A model generated the notes under the pieces. The model was not told the DNA's origin and searched no databases. It saw only the letters and a program-made list of their open reading frames with translations. The position numbers were made by a program, and so were the translations under genes. A stretch of 64,000 bases of DNA from Heterodontus francisci (lineage: Eukaryota): positions 56,336,091 to 56,400,090 of the forward strand of contig NC_090397.1 in assembly GCF_036365525.1 (NCBI RefSeq), written 5' to 3'. This document shows positions 60,085 through 64,000 of this stretch, in pieces. The first letter of the stretch is position 1. Every line of letters begins with the position of its first letter.

Positions 60085-61764
60085 CTAGAGTTATCGGCAT
60101 TGCTTTAAATGTTGTTACATGGATTGTGGTTAAACTTTAAAGTTTTCTGCTAAGATACAAATATTGCAGATCACCATTTGTTGCTTCACATATCAACCAG
60201 TGTGGTGGCAAGTCACAAAGGTAGTCTGCTTAACTGTGGACAACAAAACAACTCGAAAGTTACATAATCTTTGTTACTTTGACAAAACAGCCCTGATCTT
60301 TCACCACATTAAAAGCTCGGACAAAACACACACAAACTTTATTTCATAGTTTCTCTTTGTGCAAAGCTGAATTTATTACAATGACCATAGCATTGTTACA
60401 TCACACTGCACATTGTTGATACTTCCAGGCATTAATGAAATGAATAACAACATTTTTTCAGAGTAGGCCTGATTTTCCAATTAGTTATGCCTGATAAACT
60501 GGCATAAATCAGAAAATGGTGTAGAGATCTATGAAATTATAAAATGTCTCTGTCCAATTAATGCCTTGTTTAATATTGCAGTAGGATTTTTGAATTGCGC
60601 TATAAGTTGGAGAAACTGGCACCTGAGTCAGATTACAGTGAGAGCAATATATGCAGTGAGTGTGATATTAGCAGGTTTATTACTATTTGGAATCTGCTAT
60701 TGTGTCACTAAAACACTTAATGAAAGCAACAAGATTCGCTGCAATCTTCAACAAAGCCCATTCGACTTGAGTCAGCCTACCTAAACCACACAGGAGTGTC
60801 GAACAATAAAATAAGCTGAGATCTGCGTCTGATGTTTGCTGATGCCACTGAATAAACAGACACTGGAAGGTAAAGTTGGTGGAGTATATTTTCCAGTTAT
60901 ATTGTAATTCAGTACAGAATAGTCAGGTGCTGGTGCAAACCTAGTCAAAAGCGCACCGAGCTGTTCTCACAATTTCCTGTGGTTAGAGTAATTATTCACC
61001 ATTCTCTGTACTAACTTGTTTGGGTGGGGGAGAGGGGGGGCGGAGGTGGCGGTGCTGTAGGAGTGGAAAATCACATTATAGGTAAAATGAAAGTGATGTA
61101 TCCACTTAAATGAAATTGACTCCATAGGAAAAAAATTTTCCTAGACCTTTTTTAAAGACCCAAAATGCATTTTAACCCCATTGTCAGTCTTTGCCAACAC
61201 TAAAGAAGGAGACTTGGGATGTACTACTATATTAAAGGCACTACTTAAATGCAAGATGAAGTTGTTGAGGAGGCAGGAAATAAATGCAAGCCAAAGATTA
61301 TATGAGAAGAAGTTTAAAGTGGAGACATGAAATGGAACCTGTGGGCAACTGATGGAGCAGTCACACCTAATTCCCTGTTTCATGGCTGACAAAGTGGATA
61401 TTATGATCTATCTCATGATAGATGTGAGGTGGGTTACCCTGTTTGGGTGTCCATGATATCCTTTCCATAGGATATAAGCATAACAAATGCATGGTAAAGG
61501 TCGAACTGACCAGATTTCAGGTCAAATTACAAAAAAAACACAATTGTCCGGGTGAAATTGAACCAATGCATGCAGGAAAGACTGCTCAATCATCCTACAG
61601 TGCAACCTCATCTGCTTGGCATCACTCAATTGCCACTCTTTTTTCCAGCAGAAAGCACAAGGGGGGTTCCCATGAGGAAATCCATTGTGTCACTGTTGTG
61701 CATATGGCAAAAGAATGATAATGTCACAACAATTGACACAAGAACTCCTGACTACCTAAGTAAG

Positions 61765-62218
61765 GATGGTTGCCTAGTGGTAATGTTACTGGCCTAGTAA
61801 TCCAGAGGCCTGGACTAATGCTCCAGAGATATGAGTTTAAATCCCTCAATGGCAGTTCAGGAAATTTAAATGCAACTAATTAATAAATATGGAATAAAAT
61901 GCTAATCTCATTAATAATGATCATGAAACTACTAGATTGTTGTTAAAACCTATCTGGTACTATAATCCTTCAGAGTAGATAATCTGCCATCCTTATCTGG
62001 TTTGGCTTACATGTCACTCCAGATTCACAGCAATGTGGTTAACTGCCCTCTAAAACTCAGTTGTAATAAACCACGACAGAAGCATTGAAAGTCAACCTAT
62101 GCCATGTAGACTGCAGCAGTTAATGAAGGTGGCTCACCACTGCCTTCTCAAGGACAATTAGGGATGGGCAATAAATGCTGCCTGTGATGCTCACATCCCA
62201 AGAATAAATAAAAACAAA
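61765..62218 (+). mobile_element. SINE family 2 copy
   Basis: Head gcctagtggtaatgttactggcctagtaatccag; tail aggacaattagggatgggcaataaatgctg. Confidence 0.8.
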
Positions 62219-62656
62219 AGAACAGGGATAAATTTTTAAAAAATTAAAACAAAGCCAATTGAAAGAAGTTGAGAAGCACATTCAATATGCTGCTATAAAT
62301 CAATAGAATTTTTTTCAATCCACTTCCATTAACAGTACTGTCCCTGGCTGCCATTTATGTGGATGGGTGGATGAACCAACACAGTAACCTGGATGCTAGG
62401 TAGTGTACAAATTAGCACAGTAACTGGGTCCCCTTTAAATGTGCTAATGGATGAAACGGCCATGTACTAGTTTAAATGTTGGAAAGATTGTGTGCATGAG
62501 AAAATGGCAGACGAGAATCAACCCACAAAGTAGTAGGCATAAAGCCCCGAATCCCTGCATTAACTGATATGTTTAACTATTACATTTGCATTTAACAAGC
62601 TGCACAGAGATATGTGACTGATTACCGTGCAGATTCCTCAAAAAACGTTGCTTTAC

Positions 62657-62739
62657 CTTAGCTACACTAAAAGCCTCTTTAATATTCTCAATCCCTGTGA
62701 CACAATGGTAATCAAAATCCATGGCAGTGACAAACTGAT
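62657..62739 (-). CDS. Uncharacterised gene, candidate exon (ATG at 62722; alternative acceptor at 62797)
   Basis: ttttacactag|AT CAG TTT GTC ACT GCC ATG G...GCT AAG|gtaaag; MDFDYHCVTGIENIKEAFSVAK with strong Kozak context; non-repeat sequence. Confidence 0.55.
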
Positions 62740-63444
62740 CTAGTGTAAAATTATGGCATAGGAATCTCACACATCCAATTCTTCTTACAGTCAAAGCTGC
62801 ATATAAACCAGTGGTCTAGCAACATTTGCATCTATTATGCCCTGCCACTAAGTGTCTTGTCCATGCGCTTTAACCCATTGCTTTTTATACTGAAGGGTAG
62901 TCGGTTATGTCATAAGAAATAGGCTGAGCTGCGCTGGGGTTGTTGAGGGTTTCACAGGATGTAATCAGTTTGTCTGGTGATTGCTGACGAGTAACTTCAT
63001 CTATGTATGACATGGTGACATTATTCTGCCCTATTTTACAGCTGCTGTTGCACTTTACAGGTACGGGACACAAGGATAATATTTTAATCAAAGTTTGAAA
63101 ATCAAAGTTGGATAGACATTAAATTTGAAGCTGCAGCAGTAAATAACAATAACATGTGACAGTTATAGTGAATGATTACTTTGCCAGAAATGATCTGAAT
63201 TAATTGTCTTTCGTACTGTTTGAAGTTAATTTACATGATGACATGAATTTGGGTTACACATGATTTATTCTTCCACTGAGTTTTGGTATCACCGTTTTTC
63301 AAACTAGGATAGCAGTATTTTAGTTTTACCTAAACCAGCGCTGTCTAATATATTTTCACACATATAATTACGTGATAATTTTTACTGATGCTTAATTTCC
63401 ACCTGATTTTATTCCCAATTTTTAATTTCATTGTGTAGCATGCC

Positions 63445-63556
63445 TCAGCCTGCCTACATTACAAAAGTGACTACACTTCAAAAGCACTTCATAGACTCTA
63501 AAGCACTTTAAGACGTCCCGTGGTCGTGAAAAGTGCTACATAAATGCAAGTTTTGT
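63445..63556 (+). mobile_element. Deu-SINE/L2 3' tail fragment
   Basis: tacattacaaaagtgactacacttcaaaag...aaagcacttt..gacgtcc...gtgctacataaatgcaag. Confidence 0.6.
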
Positions 63557-63833
63557 CTTTTCACTGTATCTGTGCTGATAAATGCAGCTAAATCTGTGAA
63601 ATACTGAACTAAACTTTCCAAATAAGCATTGTACACGTCAGAAATTTGGTGATTTATATAAGGCTGCGTTTGCTGACAGCATTCCGTGCTTTGTATCCCT
63701 CATACATATTATCACTATAATGCACTTTTACTAAAATACCATAATATTCTCAGTTATTAGTGGGTACAGCTCATTTTTTCCCATTCTATACTATTATAGA
63801 TGTTACTATTATTTGGTGAGCAGCTCTGCTCAC

Positions 63834-63968
63834 GCGGCACACATCGGGTACATTTTGAGATTGGTGGTGTTCTTATGCAGCACACAATCAGGTAATTTGT
63901 GACCATCTCTGTTCCCTTACGACTGTTTCACACGTTGTACAAAATTCCTCTGTTTGCTCTTATAACAC
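63834..63968 (-). other. Candidate upstream exon of the uncharacterised gene (5'UTR, or coding from ATG 63906)
   Basis: ctcttacag| ... CCG C|gtgagc; ATG at 63906 gives MVTNYLIVCCIRTPPISKCTRCVP, phase 1, compatible with both downstream acceptors. Confidence 0.35.
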
Positions 63969-64000
63969 CTGTAAGAGCATCTTTAAAATTATACCCCAAT

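Noticed and set aside
62885-63091. 68-aa ORF in the same frame as exon 62657-62739
   Set aside because: Separated by three stops; would need a ~75-nt intron with a weak donor and no pyrimidine tract

Overview
Vertebrate genomic DNA, almost certainly elasmobranch (shark/ray), judged from HE1/V-SINE-type SINEs with CR1 (HER1-type) tails, Deu-domain SINEs and abundant CR1, L2 and Penelope elements. Most of the window is decayed mobile DNA. Two genes can be assembled on the minus strand. (1) The 5' half of a type I acyl-CoA thioesterase / BAAT-family gene (coding exons 9303-9396, 4227-4427, 2723-2822, 1080-1270, all phase-compatible). It has a mitochondrial-type presequence on its own exon and a candidate CpG-rich tandem-repeat promoter at ~14.0-14.3 kb. 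(2) A small unrecognised spliced gene (candidate exons 62657-62739, 59935-60084, 54147-54215, 53192-53248, possibly 63834-63968). The notable mobile structures are: a complete but dead hAT transposon (TIRs, 8-bp TSD) whose transposase N-terminus resembles CGGBP1 and has a duplicated domain; a five-level nested insertion stack; a Helitron-helicase-derived foldback split by a full-length CR1; four solo LTRs with 4-bp TSDs; and Penelope elements plus 140-220 bp Penelope-end mini-insertions carrying minimal hammerhead ribozyme motifs. All calls are by eye, without database searches. Repeat boundaries are approximate unless a TSD is given.
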